In this document: in pieces, positions 52,001-62,080 of the stretch | Position numbering within the stretch: the stretch's first letter is position 1 | Layout of the letters: the number at the start of each line of letters is the position of its first letter | DNA from: Podarcis vaucheri | Taxonomy: Eukaryota | NCBI GenBank assembly: GCA_965113315.1 | Contig: OZ220366.1 | Direction: 5' to 3' (one strand) | Length of the DNA: 64,000 nt | Notes under the pieces: model-generated | Database searches by the model: none | What the model saw: only the letters and a program-made list of their open reading frames with translations | Told to the model about the DNA's origin: nothing | Program-made: the position numbers and the translations under genes

Positions 52001-55000
52001 GTTGGCCCAATTAGCAAACAGCACTCTCAGCCAGAACAACAGAAACAGGGAAAATGATAATGATTCCAGAAAAAGAATGCTTTAGCGTGATACAACATTG
52101 CATAGGCAATTTATAATCTGTGACCCTTTGTGACTGTTTTTCACACATATCATGGGTTTCTCTACGTGTCTCTTTCTCAAGAGAGCTCAGACAGTTGAAA
52201 TTCCTTAATCACAGTACTCATTTGTACAGCATGCTCCAGAAAGTAATATGTTTTATATACATTTATATATGTTTTATAAATGCTGAATATATTTGTGTCA
52301 GCTAATTGCTAAAAGGTTGTGGTCCTTCAAACCTGATATTGTTCTTCAGGTATGCATTTTTTCCTTAGCACTGGTTTGAAATTTAAAATAAACGAATTTT
52401 AAAAATCTCTCTGGCCAAGAGACTCCGGATCTCTAACAAAAGTAACGTTACAACTAGCCTAGACAATAATAAAACTACAACATATATTATCCTCAAACAC
52501 ACCCCTGCCAGTACTTCCTGAGGTCTAGACTGGTTCATGTGCAACCCTTCAACCTTCAAAGTACTTTTGTGTGACTCAAAAGCAATTCTGAGACTCGAGG
52601 AACCAAAGGTTTTATTTTCAACGTGACATTTCTGGTCTTGATCTACAAGCAGCTCCACGACACAGAAGCAAACATGCTACTGCTGTAATGTATGAAGCCG
52701 TTGTAAGGAGATGGAAATAAGAAAAGGAACTTTCCATTTGTCCGAGCATGGTTTCAAAATTTCATATGGTTGAATTTATATTGCCCCTACAATGCCTTTG
52801 GCAATATGAGTATAGCGTCAATCAATCTATATAATGGTTGATGCAGGTTAATTCTTCTGTGGGTCCATGGTGGACTGGCATTATAAACTTAAAGGCAGGT
52901 CAAATTGCAAATAAATTTGTGAAAGTAACAGGCCAATATTAAGTGAAAGTAAAACCAGTTGTTAAGGAGAAACAGACCTGAAAATGATTGGCTTTAATGA
53001 TTTAAAAAGCTAAAATACAACTGATGCCAGTTACAGTGTTTTATGGAGGTGAATAAACAGTCAGCATGTAAATAATTTTTAAGGAGTCCTTAAAGGCTAA
53101 CAAATTTACTTTGGATTTTCTGGACTACAACCCACTTTTTCACATGCAGGAAATGATACACTGAGTTGCACTTTTACATATGAACCCAAATTCATGTCAG
53201 CCTTTACCCATAGGCACAATTTAACATATTGGTTTTTATGCATCAACCTATGAAAAGGGGGAAGTTAGCATGCAAATACATTGATGCTTAAAAACTATGG
53301 TCTGGTCTGAAAAACATTTCTTGCATTAATTGTACATTAGATGTGTAAAAGTAAATATATTCTATTTGAGTGGTGGGGATGCTACTAACTGATAAAGTCC
53401 TAACTTTGAGAAATGAACTTTGAGAAATTTTCTGAAAAAATAAATATGAGCTCATTTTATTAAAAGGCAGCAGAAAACAAACCCATAAGGTTTCCATTCT
53501 ATTAGAATATTTAATCAGGTGATCAATGTGTTGTTATCAACACAGAAACTAATAGTTACTTAGAGTTAAGGTAGAACTTGGAAGGACAGAATTGAGGTTG
53601 CAATCCTGCACCTACTAATCTGTACCACTGAGAATGATGATGATGATGATGATGATTTATACCCTGCCCATCTGGTTGGGTTTCCCCAGCCTCTCTGGGC
53701 AGTTTACAGCATGTTTAAAAACATAATAAAAACATCAAGCATTAAAAACCTCCCGAAACACTGCACTGAGTGGAATTTGTTTTGAATAGATATGTATAGG
53801 ATTGCACTGAAAGCATTCATGCTTTATCATGTAAATATAATAAACATCACTCTGGTTGCCTAACAGAAAATTCTCATTTTGTTTGGTTTAAAATTCTACA
53901 TAGATTTTCTGCTGTCAAGTAATCTGCGGTTACCATGTTAACCCAAGACTGGCAGATACAATATTTTCAGCAAAAAGTACTTTTCAGCAAGACACAGCAG
54001 ATGTTAACTTCAAAGCCTAAATACAAACATTATTAGACCGCTATTAAGCCTTGGTAATCCAAGAAACAAACAATCAGTGTAAGTCACACTTTAAAGTAAC
54101 ACCTCTTTTATGTTCCTCCTTCCCCCTTTCTTTCCTTCCAGATGGCTCTTTGTTTATTTGCACCACACCATCACACTCTCCCATCATGCTGCCTGGACTG
54201 GGATGATTGTGGCCTCTTCCTTTGCTCAGTCAGCCATGGTAAGTCTCTGATCTATTTCCCTGACCTCAGTTGCAATGTTACATGCATTCACCTCCTACAA
54301 ACTGCTGCTCCAGGCAATGCTCATTACCAAAAGGAATAATAGTGAAATCACAAGGCCCACCTTTTATTCCTTGGACTCAGCATGTAACCTTGCGGTCTTT
54401 TGTGACCTTTCTGAACAATATAAAACAGAACTTGGTTGTAATGTGACTTCCCCCTTTTGATCTGCTTTGCTCAGAGTTCGTTTTTTGTTTTACTTTGGTC
54501 TCAATTCTTAAATAGATAGAATTAGAAAATGTATTTTAATTTGGAAGGAATCGTCCCAAACAGATCAAGGAAACCTATTTAGGTAACAGCTTGTCCTCAG
54601 TTTTCTCAGCCTGTTTAAGGGAATAGATAAGACTTTTCAGAACTGTGGTTCTCACACTCCTATTTCCAAGCCCTAACATTTTCAAATACATGTTCCATCT
54701 TAAGCGGAGAAGCAGAGGCAAAACCGCAAGAAGAATACCTACATTTCATATGAGCAGATTCAGAACCATCTCACCTAGGCTACACTTACCAGGCACACTG
54801 GCCCTATATGAAGAGCCAAATAGCCATAGATGAAGAGCCAAAGCATTGACTTTAAAGGACTGCCGTCACAGATTGGTTTCTAACATTCACTTTCATCCGC
54901 AGATCAAAGTGGATGAAGAATTCTGGTGGGTTTGAAATTATGCTTATAGCAAAAGCAGGGAAAATAAATAGCCAGTGGAAATAAAGACATGCTTAGAGAA

Positions 55001-55944
55001 GCTTCATGTTATATCTTGCCAGTTCCCATTATCTTTTACTGTCTGTCCACCTGTACTATCCCCTGTACAAATAGCTCTTCACAAGAAGGAGCACTGGCAT
55101 GTGTGACAGGCATATTTTGGGTCTTGGTTTTTTGCATGTCATATCTGTATCTTCTCTTTACTCCAGGGAACTCCAAGTAACATTTTAGCCCCAGAACTAC
55201 TCTTTTGTACATGTTTCTATAAGAGGCAGACCTAAGACCACTTCCTGAGCTTCCTGCCTAAAACTGGGGTGCGAAACTGGACTTGTTTTAAAAAACTGTG
55301 TTACATAAAAAAGTAACGCCTAGTTGTGCAACAAGCCTTTTGCAGAGTTATTTTAATAGATTTCATCTTATACTGCACTTTCAGAATATCGTGACCCACC
55401 CAATAAGTAAGCTGCTTAAGTAACACAAGATCTTCACTGCCACAAAATAGTTGCTGTACTCTCTGATCTCTTAAGAAAATAAGGGTGTATTCACAGTACC
55501 TTTTAAAGAAACCCAGTACTGCTTCCATTTCCTCCGTGCGGCTAACTCCACCTTCTTGTTCTTTTTGTGTACAAGAAAGTTCTTCACTGCAAGCGCTCCT
55601 GCTTTCCGTACCGTCCCCTGGCCTGCTGTAAGAAGTATGTCCGACTGTCCTGGGGAACTCAAAGTCCCACTGCTCTGCTCATCGCTCAGGGCAGATCCAG
55701 CTTCATCCAGGTTATCATTGGTGCTACTCATCTCCAACTCCCTCCGGAAGTTCTCATAGACTCCCTGACGAGCCCCATCTCCAGTGGAAGAGCTGCCACT
55801 GTCGCTGCCAGCAAAGGCCCGGCTGGTCGTTGGAGAGTAGCTGGAGTTTGTGGCATTGGAACGTCTGGAAAGAAGGTCGGTGTCAGTCGTTGCCCCCTCT
55901 ATCCCACTGTCTGCAAATTCACTCCCTTCGCCTGCATTCACATC
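2865..55944 (-). CDS. TIAM1: TIAM1 (T-lymphoma invasion and metastasis-inducing protein 1, Rac1 GEF), 5'-partial spliced CDS, 24 exons
   Basis: Exon translations match recalled TIAM1 motifs ([71 protein letters not shown]). All introns are GT-AG, phases are compatible, and exon lengths sum to 3834 nt (divisible by 3). Confidence 0.98.
5565..5737 (-). CDS. TIAM1: TIAM1 exon: end of PHc (SSPDHRKDF...AMNRA)
   Basis: ctag|T acceptor, G|gtactg donor, 173 nt. Confidence 0.95.
6177..6264 (-). CDS. TIAM1: TIAM1 exon: PHc ([29 protein letters not shown])
   Basis: ctag|AC acceptor, AG|gtaaga donor, 88 nt. Confidence 0.94.
8200..8302 (-). CDS. TIAM1: TIAM1 exon: PHc ([22 protein letters not shown]...ASA)
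   Basis: atag|GGA acceptor, G|gtagca donor, 103 nt. Confidence 0.93.
8733..8911. mobile_element. Old hAT/Charlie-type MITE
   Basis: 13-bp TIR CAGTGTTTCTCAA / TTGAGAAACACTG; TSD decayed. Confidence 0.65.
9606..9664 (-). CDS. TIAM1: TIAM1 exon: PHc ([20 protein letters not shown])
   Basis: ctag|TA acceptor, TTG|gtaagt donor, 59 nt. Confidence 0.93.
10164..10205. repeat. Tandem duplication with 22-bp period
   Basis: TGCATGCAAGTATTCTAAAT twice, separated by CA. Confidence 0.85.
11086..11430 (+). mobile_element. Full-length Sauria SINE
   Basis: tRNA-like head GGGACGCGGGTGGCGCTGTGGGTTAAACC, ACCTTT-type tail, CpG-rich, 13-bp target-site duplication TACCCATGCCTAA (11073-11085 and 11431-11443). 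Confidence 0.9.
11994..12102 (-). CDS. TIAM1: TIAM1 exon: PHc ([12 protein letters not shown]...ELAAFV)
   Basis: gcag|GTT acceptor, G|gtatgt donor, 109 nt. Confidence 0.94.
13220..13338 (-). CDS. TIAM1: TIAM1 exon: end of DH ([17 protein letters not shown]...DKKE)
   Basis: ctag|TG acceptor, GAG|gtaagg donor, 119 nt. Confidence 0.95.
14352..14531 (-). CDS. TIAM1: TIAM1 exon: DH (AKTDTAF...[19 protein letters not shown]...HYHLD)
   Basis: tttag|CT acceptor, G|gtaagc donor, 180 nt. Confidence 0.96.
16012..16120 (-). CDS. TIAM1: TIAM1 exon: DH ([10 protein letters not shown]...KVLVKA)
   Basis: ctag|AAA acceptor, G|gtaaga donor, 109 nt. Confidence 0.94.
17389..17514 (-). CDS. TIAM1: TIAM1 exon: DH (LDVLFGNL...VDQFK)
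   Basis: ccag|CTT acceptor, AAA|gtaagc donor, 126 nt. Confidence 0.94.
17824..17892 (-). CDS. TIAM1: TIAM1 exon: DH ([23 protein letters not shown])
   Basis: ccag|GAT acceptor, GAG|gtatgg donor, 69 nt. Confidence 0.94.
18893..19072 (-). CDS. TIAM1: TIAM1 exon: start of DH (STEQVAAFC...ERTYVK)
   Basis: ttttcaag|AGC acceptor, AAG|gtgaac donor, 180 nt. Confidence 0.95.
19690..20175 (+). mobile_element. L2-like LINE 3' fragment
   Basis: Degenerate ORF2 C-terminus ([25 protein letters not shown]) followed by 3'-tail-like sequence. Confidence 0.75.
20359..20479 (+). mobile_element. tRNA-Lys(CTT)-derived SINE with CR1-like tail, 5'-truncated
   Basis: GTAGAGCATGAGACTCTTAATCTCAG...GGTTCAAGCCCCATGTTGGGC followed by GGGGTTGGAxTAGATGACCCT...CCCTTCCAAC; similar tail at ~36565-36620. 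Confidence 0.75.
22061..22147 (-). CDS. TIAM1: Candidate alternative first coding exon of a short TIAM1 isoform ([29 protein letters not shown])
   Basis: ATG at 22147-22145, 29 open codons, consensus donor ATG|gtgaga in phase 0 matching the phase-0 exon at 19072; in-frame stop upstream; CpG retention and CCAAT boxes upstream. Confidence 0.6.
22500..22650 (-). promoter_or_regulatory. Candidate internal promoter with three CCAAT boxes
   Basis: Minus-strand TAGCCAATCAGC (ATTGG at 22560-22564), CCAAT at 22618-22622 and 22639-22643, upstream of the candidate first exon. Confidence 0.45.
23768..23807. repeat. (CA)n microsatellite
   Basis: About 20 CA units seen directly. Confidence 0.95.
24002..24416. 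mobile_element. Tc1/mariner (pogo/Tigger-like) MITE
   Basis: Perfect 22-bp TIR CAGTGGTGCCCCGCAAGACGAA, TA on both flanks. Confidence 0.9.
25089..25439. mobile_element. Non-autonomous hAT element
   Basis: 8-bp TSD ATCTAAGA (25081-25088 and 25440-25447); degenerate TIRs GGTTCCTAAACT / AGTTTGGGACC. Confidence 0.75.
27089..27192 (-). CDS. TIAM1: TIAM1 exon: PDZ-DH linker ([18 protein letters not shown]...DKTGK)
   Basis: Hand-translated; taacag|GA acceptor, AAG|gtgtga donor, 104 nt; supplies the required phase 1 to phase 0 change. Confidence 0.9.
29015..29060. repeat. Perfect 23-bp tandem duplication
   Basis: AACAATGTTACTTCACAGAAAGT twice. Confidence 0.9.
30582..30806 (-). CDS. TIAM1: TIAM1 exon: end of PDZ ([12 protein letters not shown]...GNSQG)
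   Basis: gcag|GC acceptor, G|gtaccc donor, 225 nt. Confidence 0.94.
31703..31944. mobile_element. Tc1/mariner MITE (CAGTGGTACCTCG family)
   Basis: TIR CAGTGGTACCTCGT / ACGAGGTACCACTG with TA flanks; similar to 58467-58707. Confidence 0.85.
32199..32285 (-). CDS. TIAM1: TIAM1 exon: PDZ ([11 protein letters not shown]...FKKG)
   Basis: aacag|GC acceptor, G|gtaggg donor, 87 nt. Confidence 0.94.
34262..34343 (-). CDS. TIAM1: TIAM1 exon (LYKEIEIC...SDNYG)
   Basis: ttcag|TTG acceptor, G|gtgagt donor, 82 nt. Confidence 0.93.
34852..35083. mobile_element. Tc1/mariner MITE nested in an older palindromic repeat
   Basis: TIR CAGTCGTACCTTGGTTCTCAAAC / GTTTGAGAACCAAGGTACAACTG (1 mismatch); TA / TG flanks. 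Confidence 0.85.
35755..35859 (-). CDS. TIAM1: TIAM1 exon: RBD part 2 ([13 protein letters not shown]...EEDIYEL)
   Basis: ttcag|GCA acceptor, CTG|gtaatg donor, 105 nt. Confidence 0.94.
37815..38063. mobile_element. Truncated Tc1/mariner MITE
   Basis: Right end GAGGTTCCACTG followed by TA resembles the other MITE ends; CpG-rich body; left TIR not clear. Confidence 0.55.
39024..39209 (-). mobile_element. Sauria SINE, diverged 5' half
   Basis: Reverse-complement similarity to the first ~190 bp of the 11086 element (CTGCTAGGTTGGCAGGAGC, GTACCTATTTATCT). Confidence 0.8.
39504..39827. mobile_element. Non-autonomous hAT (Charlie-type) element
   Basis: TIR CAGGGGTAGGCAACCT / AGGTTGCTGACCCCTG; perfect 8-bp TSD GTATAGAT; internal ~70-bp duplication. 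Confidence 0.9.
40547..40585. repeat. (TG)n microsatellite
   Basis: About 19 TG units seen directly. Confidence 0.95.
40975..41145 (-). CDS. TIAM1: TIAM1 exon: RBD part 1 (REKEVAL...VLEMICK)
   Basis: Hand-translated; ttcag|AGA acceptor, AAG|gtaaaa donor, 171 nt. Confidence 0.94.
42634..42750. mobile_element. Short hAT-derived palindromic repeat (related copies at ~30900-31010 and ~60083-60210)
   Basis: Shared GAACCTGTGxTCCTCCAGATGTTG...ACTCCCAT...CAACATCTGGAGGGCCA structure at three loci. Confidence 0.7.
42987..43061 (-). CDS. TIAM1: TIAM1 75-nt exon ([25 protein letters not shown])
   Basis: Hand-translated; ctgcag|GTG acceptor, AAG|gtaaaa donor; resembles recalled human [19 protein letters not shown]. 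Confidence 0.92.
43650..43796 (-). CDS. TIAM1: TIAM1 exon (VAARTGESG...RPSINQ)
   Basis: gcag|GTG acceptor, CAG|gtagcc donor, 147 nt. Confidence 0.95.
45415..45905 (+). mobile_element. CR1 LINE 3' fragment
   Basis: Degenerate ORF2 end (WNSLPQEA...[11 protein letters not shown]) and CR1-type 3' UTR. Confidence 0.8.
45994..46036. repeat. (AAT)n microsatellite
   Basis: About 14 units seen directly. Confidence 0.95.
46264..46449 (-). CDS. TIAM1: TIAM1 exon: CC-Ex ([10 protein letters not shown]...SSFHAL)
   Basis: Hand-translated (not in ORF track); ctag|ATC acceptor, CTG|gtgagt donor, 186 nt. Confidence 0.95.
47343..47470 (+). mobile_element. tRNA-derived SINE, degenerate (related copy at ~15105-15260)
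   Basis: A-box-like TAGCTCAGTGG and decayed B-box GTTTCAATTGC, followed by non-tRNA body. Confidence 0.6.
47740..48174 (+). mobile_element. RTE-clade LINE 3' fragment with (GAA)n tail
   Basis: GGQxKRFKDSL-like segment, CPHC...IGLHSHL zinc-knuckle-like end, (GAA)n tail. Confidence 0.75.
48620..48853 (-). CDS. TIAM1: TIAM1 exon: end of PHn and coiled-coil ([10 protein letters not shown]...TILDQ)
   Basis: tttttag|ACT acceptor, CAG|gtaacc donor, 234 nt. Confidence 0.95.
51484..51656 (-). CDS. TIAM1: TIAM1 exon: PHn (GCTLFFYE...DAFLFQ)
   Basis: taag|GA acceptor, CAG|gtttgt donor, 173 nt. Confidence 0.95.
53633..53763 (-). mobile_element. Short 5'-truncated retroelement 3' end with (TCA)n tail (related copy at ~9825-9920)
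   Basis: (TGA)n followed by TTTATACCCxGCCCATCTGGxTGGGTTTCCCCAGCC; flanked by CACTGAG direct repeats. Confidence 0.6.
55500..55944 (-). CDS. TIAM1: TIAM1 exon: N-terminal regulatory region and start of PHn (DVNAGEG...WVSLKG)
   Basis: cag|GAT acceptor, G|gtactg donor, 445 nt; within ORF 55471..55971. Confidence 0.96.
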
Positions 55945-58466
55945 CTGTATTAACACAGTAAAGAAAAGCAAACATTATGGAGAAATGATGTCTCAATATA
56001 GTTATTGCATACTTTTTGAATAATTCTAGTACCATTCTTTTGCCTAAATATAAAAGAAGCTCCATTTCAAAATCAATTAAGTTATTCACTGCCCCATGTA
56101 AAAAATCCCTATTTAACTTATCTGACCGACCCGGTGATTACTCTTTTAAAACTTAATTGTTACGTTATTTATTTAACATAATTTATATACTGCTTAACTG
56201 CAAAAACCTCTAAGCAGTTACACAGAGCAGAAAATGTACATTTAATCCTCGGTAAAAGTTTATAAAGAACCAATTTGACATTTAAAAAAATTCAAAATAT
56301 TAATTAAATCAGCAGTTTAAAAACATATGTTACAAAATAAAATTACATACATGTAAGTTTTATATATAAAGTGATTAAATATATTTATTGGAAACAATGC
56401 AGCATTTCTAACCCTTAATTATGGTCAGTGTGAGAGACTGAAACATGTGCTTAAGTTTTTTAATCTATTTTAATAAATTAAATATTTTTAGTTGAAAAGA
56501 TAATATATACTCACTGAGAATGAAAATGCAAAAAGCCAACTTTTTTTTAAGATGGCCTTTGCTGATAATAGGTTTTGCTGTTGCTTAAAATGGCATGATC
56601 CCCTGACCCTCAGGCATATCTTTGGCAGGTACAGAGGTACAGGGGGTGCAATAAAGAAGAAGTGATAGGAAGACTCTATTGCATGAGCTGAGTTCTGTTA
56701 ATGTTTCTTTGGATCCAAGCCCAATACTGGATGATGCCCATCAGTTTCTAATTGCTATGTTAAATCGGAACAACCTAATTTGTGTGCCTATGGTATATCA
56801 GAACTGAGGCATAAAGTACCTAAACATTGCTTAGAAATAGTCACCATTCGACTGCATGGGACTTTTTTCTATCATATGCAAAGGTCTGGAATAACAAACA
56901 GATAAAATAAAGCATTTTGGTTGCCATTTCAAAATATTTTCTGCATCTTATCAATGTTCAACAGCTGCAGAATATGATGTTCTCTTTTAAATGAACAAAA
57001 GATTCCCCACCCCCACCCCAAAAAAGTGAGGGGAGAAAAACAACCTCCAATGGAACGATGATTGCCCCTGAAAATTCAGAGGGGAAGTGCTAAATATAGA
57101 TGTATTGAAATACGACAATTCGTTTTTGATATCTCTTCAGATTATCACTTTACTATTATTCCCCAAAGTAGATGCCTGTTAAAAGCTGTCAAATTTCCAT
57201 CTCTTTCTGGCTAGAGGGTAGTTTCAGAACGTCGAATTACATATTCTTAAAATATATGCAAAGTAGTTCATAGAGCACTTCCATGGGATAGGAAGTGGGG
57301 AGAGAAAACAAGCACCCCAGCTAGCGGATCAAGGAGAATGTCTTACAAATCTGATTGGGTGCTCTGAGCAAAGCTAAGTGGTACAGCTGCTCCCTAGGCA
57401 GAGCTCCCTTTGAAATGGGACTGAACAATCACACCACTTGGAGCAAAGAGCTTTCTGAATGCTGGAAAATTGTGAATGGTTGCTGGCTGATGGGAGAGTC
57501 TGCTCAGCATACTGGCTTATGAATAATAATTCACATATATTGGAATATGCTTTTCACTTCTGCCCACCCACAAAAATCAAACTTATGCTTATACATATGC
57601 TATAGTGTGACATGAAAAGTACAGGACATAACTCTTTCTCACAGAGAAGATGGAGTGGTGTCATCAGCGCAGGCCTTTGGGACAGAACCCGTGAGTCCCT
57701 CTCAGAAGAATGAGGAGGGCCCATAACTGAGCTTCTCCATTTTCCCAATAAGTCCACCCAGTCCACTACACCACTGCAAAGAGGTACACAAGGAAGCAGT
57801 CTGGTCTTGTGTGACTTCCTGAAAGCCTATTAGATACCAAGTCTGAAATGCTAAGTCTTGCATCATCCTAATTTCTCTACTCCCAGTATTCAGCCTATCT
57901 TCAGCCATCTGAAGACTGAGGGTTTTGTTCTGCTCTTTATCATTCACTGAACTGGGGCAATTCCCAACATCATAAAATAATTTCCTAGTTCACTGGAACA
58001 CACTTAGAGAGGAGATTTTAGAGAGACCCATTGGAACATGGTCTACATACCTGCCTATCTATCTATATAATTTAGCCACAGCAAAGGAGCGTGGGAGTTA
58101 AATAGGGTAGGTGGGTGGGAAGAGAGATTCCAAGAGGTTGCTTTTGGGATGACTGGCTACCAATACATAGCAAGCCTCATTTCACTACTGTGCAAATGTC
58201 AGTATTAGACTGACACAGCCCCTGTGGTTAATCTAGACCAAGCTGTCAAAAAGGATAAAAATAAGAGTCTCTCTGAGGAGGATTAAATGCTTCTTGTGCT
58301 TGGTTATTAGAAAAAGTGGGTCATCCTTATATGTAATTAATTTCTAATTCCATCGTTATGAAATGGTTACTCGGTATTTTAAACACCGTTTCTAAGTAAA
58401 GGTTACTGAAATATCCATATTTTTGTTTATTGTCTCTATTTTTTTTAGATGTCTACTTTAATAATA

Positions 58467-58707
58467 CAGTGGTACCTCGGGTTACAAAAGCTTCGGGTTA
58501 CAAACGCTTCAGGTTACAGACTCCGTTAAGCCAGAAGTAGTATCTCGGGTTAAGAACTTTACTTCAGGATGAGAACAGAAATCGTGCGGCAGCAGTGCGG
58601 TGGCAGTGGGAGGCCCCCATTAGCTAAAGTGGTACCTCAGGTTAAGAAGTTTCAGGTTAAGAACGGACCTCCGGAATGAATTAAGTTCTCAACCAGAGGT
58701 ACCACTG
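58467..58707. mobile_element. Tc1/mariner MITE (CAGTGGTACCTCG family)
   Basis: TIR CAGTGGTACCTC / GAGGTACCACTG with TA flanks; internal GGTTA repeats. Confidence 0.87.
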
Positions 58708-61700
58708 TAATTGTTTTATTGAACTACGTTTAGTACAGCTCAATAATATCTAAGTGTGTTTTAAATAAGAGCTATTGAAGCAGAATATTAACCAGAGATA
58801 TTAAGAGAAATTTTAAACTGTTACATACAAATAGAATGGATTTGATAGTTCAGAATTATTCCCTATCTCTCCAGGACTTGAGAATTACAGCCCTGCAATA
58901 CTGCTTCTAGCCACCAGCCACACAATCCAAAAAGTGCAGAGCACCCTACAATATTATCTAGGACAGGACCACATGAAGGCACCAATAAATAACACCACAT
59001 TGTGCTCATACCAGACAATAAAATAGGTATATAATGTAAGATGATGGTGATTATTTGCTGCAGTAAATGGGATAACCTCTCTTTTAACTGTGGAATTTTA
59101 TTTTGAAATAAACTTTAAAAGATACATGAAACAATGAGGAACAACACCACATAACAACTTCAGAAGTCACTAATTGTGTGTGGTGAGGGGACTCGTTGAA
59201 TACTGTTCCTTAGTAATACATGGTTACATATTTGGGGCAATTAGAAGCTTAAGGAGAAGTTCCTAAACTATGGAGTAAATTAGCAGAAGCTTGAAGGCCT
59301 TCTACACAGGAAAAAAATGGAAATAAATTTATTTATTTATACGCCATCTTTCATCTGAGGATCACAGCACAGGGTGGTTCTGCAATAAGCTTGCAAAAAG
59401 TTTTATGTCCCAGAAGTCAATTCTGGAGACAAAACAGTATTTTTGGATTGAACACAATGAGGCTGCTTCCAAATTGAGCTCAACGCTCTAAAAAGTTATA
59501 TCTGTGTTCACCTTATGCCACTCTGTAACGTATTAAACTGTTTATATTTTACATAAACACAAAGAAACCAATGACATTTCCTACAGGCACTTTAAAATGT
59601 TGTGATTAACACATTTCTCGCTTTCAGTTAAAAGCAGATCATCTGAAAGTCACATAAAATTATCCCTTGACAAAAATATTTCACAACTAATCAGTTTCAC
59701 AGTGAGCGAGTGAGTCAGGCATTAAACAGGTGGGCTTTGTTTAAGTCATCATTTTGGGCACATAAGACACTTGGCTCCATGTTCAGATTTGCAAAATGCT
59801 CGCTCATTCACACATCAGAAAATACACATCAGGTGGTTTGAATTCTCATGGTTCCATAGTGACTACTAGCCCAAAACCTTTGGCTGAAATTCTAAGTAAA
59901 TTTAGTTATGCTTCACATACTACATTACTGAAATGCACATGGACCGCAAAGTTGCTGCAGTCAGCTTTTCAGAAGCAGTAAGCCTAATCTGGAAACCCCC
60001 TCAAAGTGATTCTGGAACTCGTGGATAAGTTGTAGCAAAGGAGAGCCCTATAGAGACATCCTCTTTTTATGGTGTAGACTAAGGATAGGGAACCTGTGGT
60101 TCTCCAGGTGTTATTGGCCTCCCAACTCCCATCAGCCTCAGCCAGCATGGCCAAAGGACAAGGATGACAGAAGGTGCTGTCCAACAACATCTGAAGGGCC
60201 ATAGGTTCCCAATTGAGGTATGGGAAGCATGCGGCCTACTATTCTTAACTTGTGAGCATCCCACCTGAAAACTCACATGGGGAGGAAACAAGTAGATACT
60301 GAATGGCTCTGACACAAAGTGACTTGAATGAATCAGAAGCACATGAAGGATACATCAGAAATGCCAGTATGCTATCAATATGGAGTAATGGTGGTAGGAA
60401 TTAAAGGAGGTAAATTGAGGATAAAAGGGTGTTTTTTGTTTCATTTGGTACTTCTACAAAACTGCTGATACCTTCCCGCTCTTGCGCACAAGGATGGTGA
60501 TGTTCTAGGACAGCTCAAGTTAAAAACTGATGAGTACGTGATTACAGATTTTCTGCATTTCCTTTACAGCTCTGCGAATTCTACAGAATTGAATGTACTA
60601 CAGAGGAAGGAGAGCTGATACTCTAGAAGGCAGACAAGAAAGGTCAAAAAAGCACAGGATGAGTGAGTCAGCCTTTTAAGCATGCAACACTAAAAAAAAT
60701 AACAACACCAATAAGCATTTATAGAGCTTCAAGTGTTCAAAATACCTCACCTACCTCTCAGCAGTTCTTAAAAGAGGCCCATAAGACAAATTTTTACTAT
60801 CCCCCATCCTATGCATTCTTATTTGCACATATTGCGGAAACTGGGTGTTTGGAGGAGAGTAGGGCGCTGAGCCTAAGAGAATATTCACTTGCTAAGGCCA
60901 TCTAGTAAGTTTAATGCATGTGGTGAGATTTGAATTTAAACTTGTTGGCTCATAACACACACTCTGAGCCACTCCATTAGACCATGAAGAAGAAAAAAAG
61001 ATTTAGGACTGGCAGGATGTGTGCTATATATTGCTATGAAAACAGAAACTCTCTTTGCTGGAAACAAACGCCAAAGCTGATCCAGGGAGAATAGTACTTT
61101 TAACTTTTAAGAGCTATTTTGTGTGCAAAGCCTTCCAAAATATGAAATGTTACCAGGTATTTTACAACTTTCCTGGAAGTGAAGTTCAAAAATAAATCAC
61201 CTCCACTCTACAAAAAATACATCATCTCCACCTGCACCTGGGTGAAACTCCACAGGATCCATATGCTCATTGCATAACAGCTTCTCTTGCTTAGGTTGCC
61301 TGAGGGTAATCTCCAGCTTTTTCTCAAGCTGTTTCTCTAGAAGCAACAATTAAAAGGAGTGAAAGAGGGTTTAACCCTTTCCTCTCACAAATCGAGTATG
61401 GATTGCAATGCCTAGGTAATATAAAGAGGAGAACAGGTACAGGCAGTCTTCTTCCCCCCTCTAAATTATTGTTCTTACAAATCCAGGGAGAGCTGGTTAG
61501 GTTGAATGGATCTGTACTGAGTTTGTTACATGGAGGCATGATTAGGTGATTGCTTCAGGATAAGCCTCGCCTTCAACCTACAAGTACCACAAAGGTACCC
61601 TTATCACAATCTTTGTAGCACAGGAGGGAGCTTCTGCAGTGTGAAGAGAATACGGGAAGCACCTAATCACCTAATCACATGGGAATCCATACTGAGAGTC

Positions 61701-61836
61701 CTCCCTGCATGAGCAATGCTCTTGTCACTTCACTGCTAGAAAGAAATGGAGGTTCTCTTTCACTAGACATAATACTGAGGTGTGTCCTGTCTGGTTTCAG
61801 GTACTGGGTACCAGTAGATTAAAAAAATGGCAAATA

Positions 61837-62080
61837 CTGTATTGGCCTGAATATAAGCCACACCTTTAAAATTCGGGGGGGGGGGAGGGAGAGAGAAAAA
61901 AGACAATATCCAAATATAATACATTCCCTTAAATTTCAGCAAGCACTCACACCCATTCCATTTGTCTGTTTCAGTGGCGACGTTGTAAAAGCCCATTTTT
62001 GTAAGGTCGCAAATTTAAGCCGCACTTTAATTTTTGTAAGGTCGCAAATTTAAGCCGCACTTATATTCAGGCCAATACAG
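61837..62080. mobile_element. Tc1/mariner-type MITE with internal tandem duplication
   Basis: Perfect 21-bp TIR CTGTATTGGCCTGAATATAAG; TA / TG flanks; ATTTTTGTAAGGTCGCAAATTTAAGCCGCACTT duplicated at about 61995-62062. Confidence 0.85.
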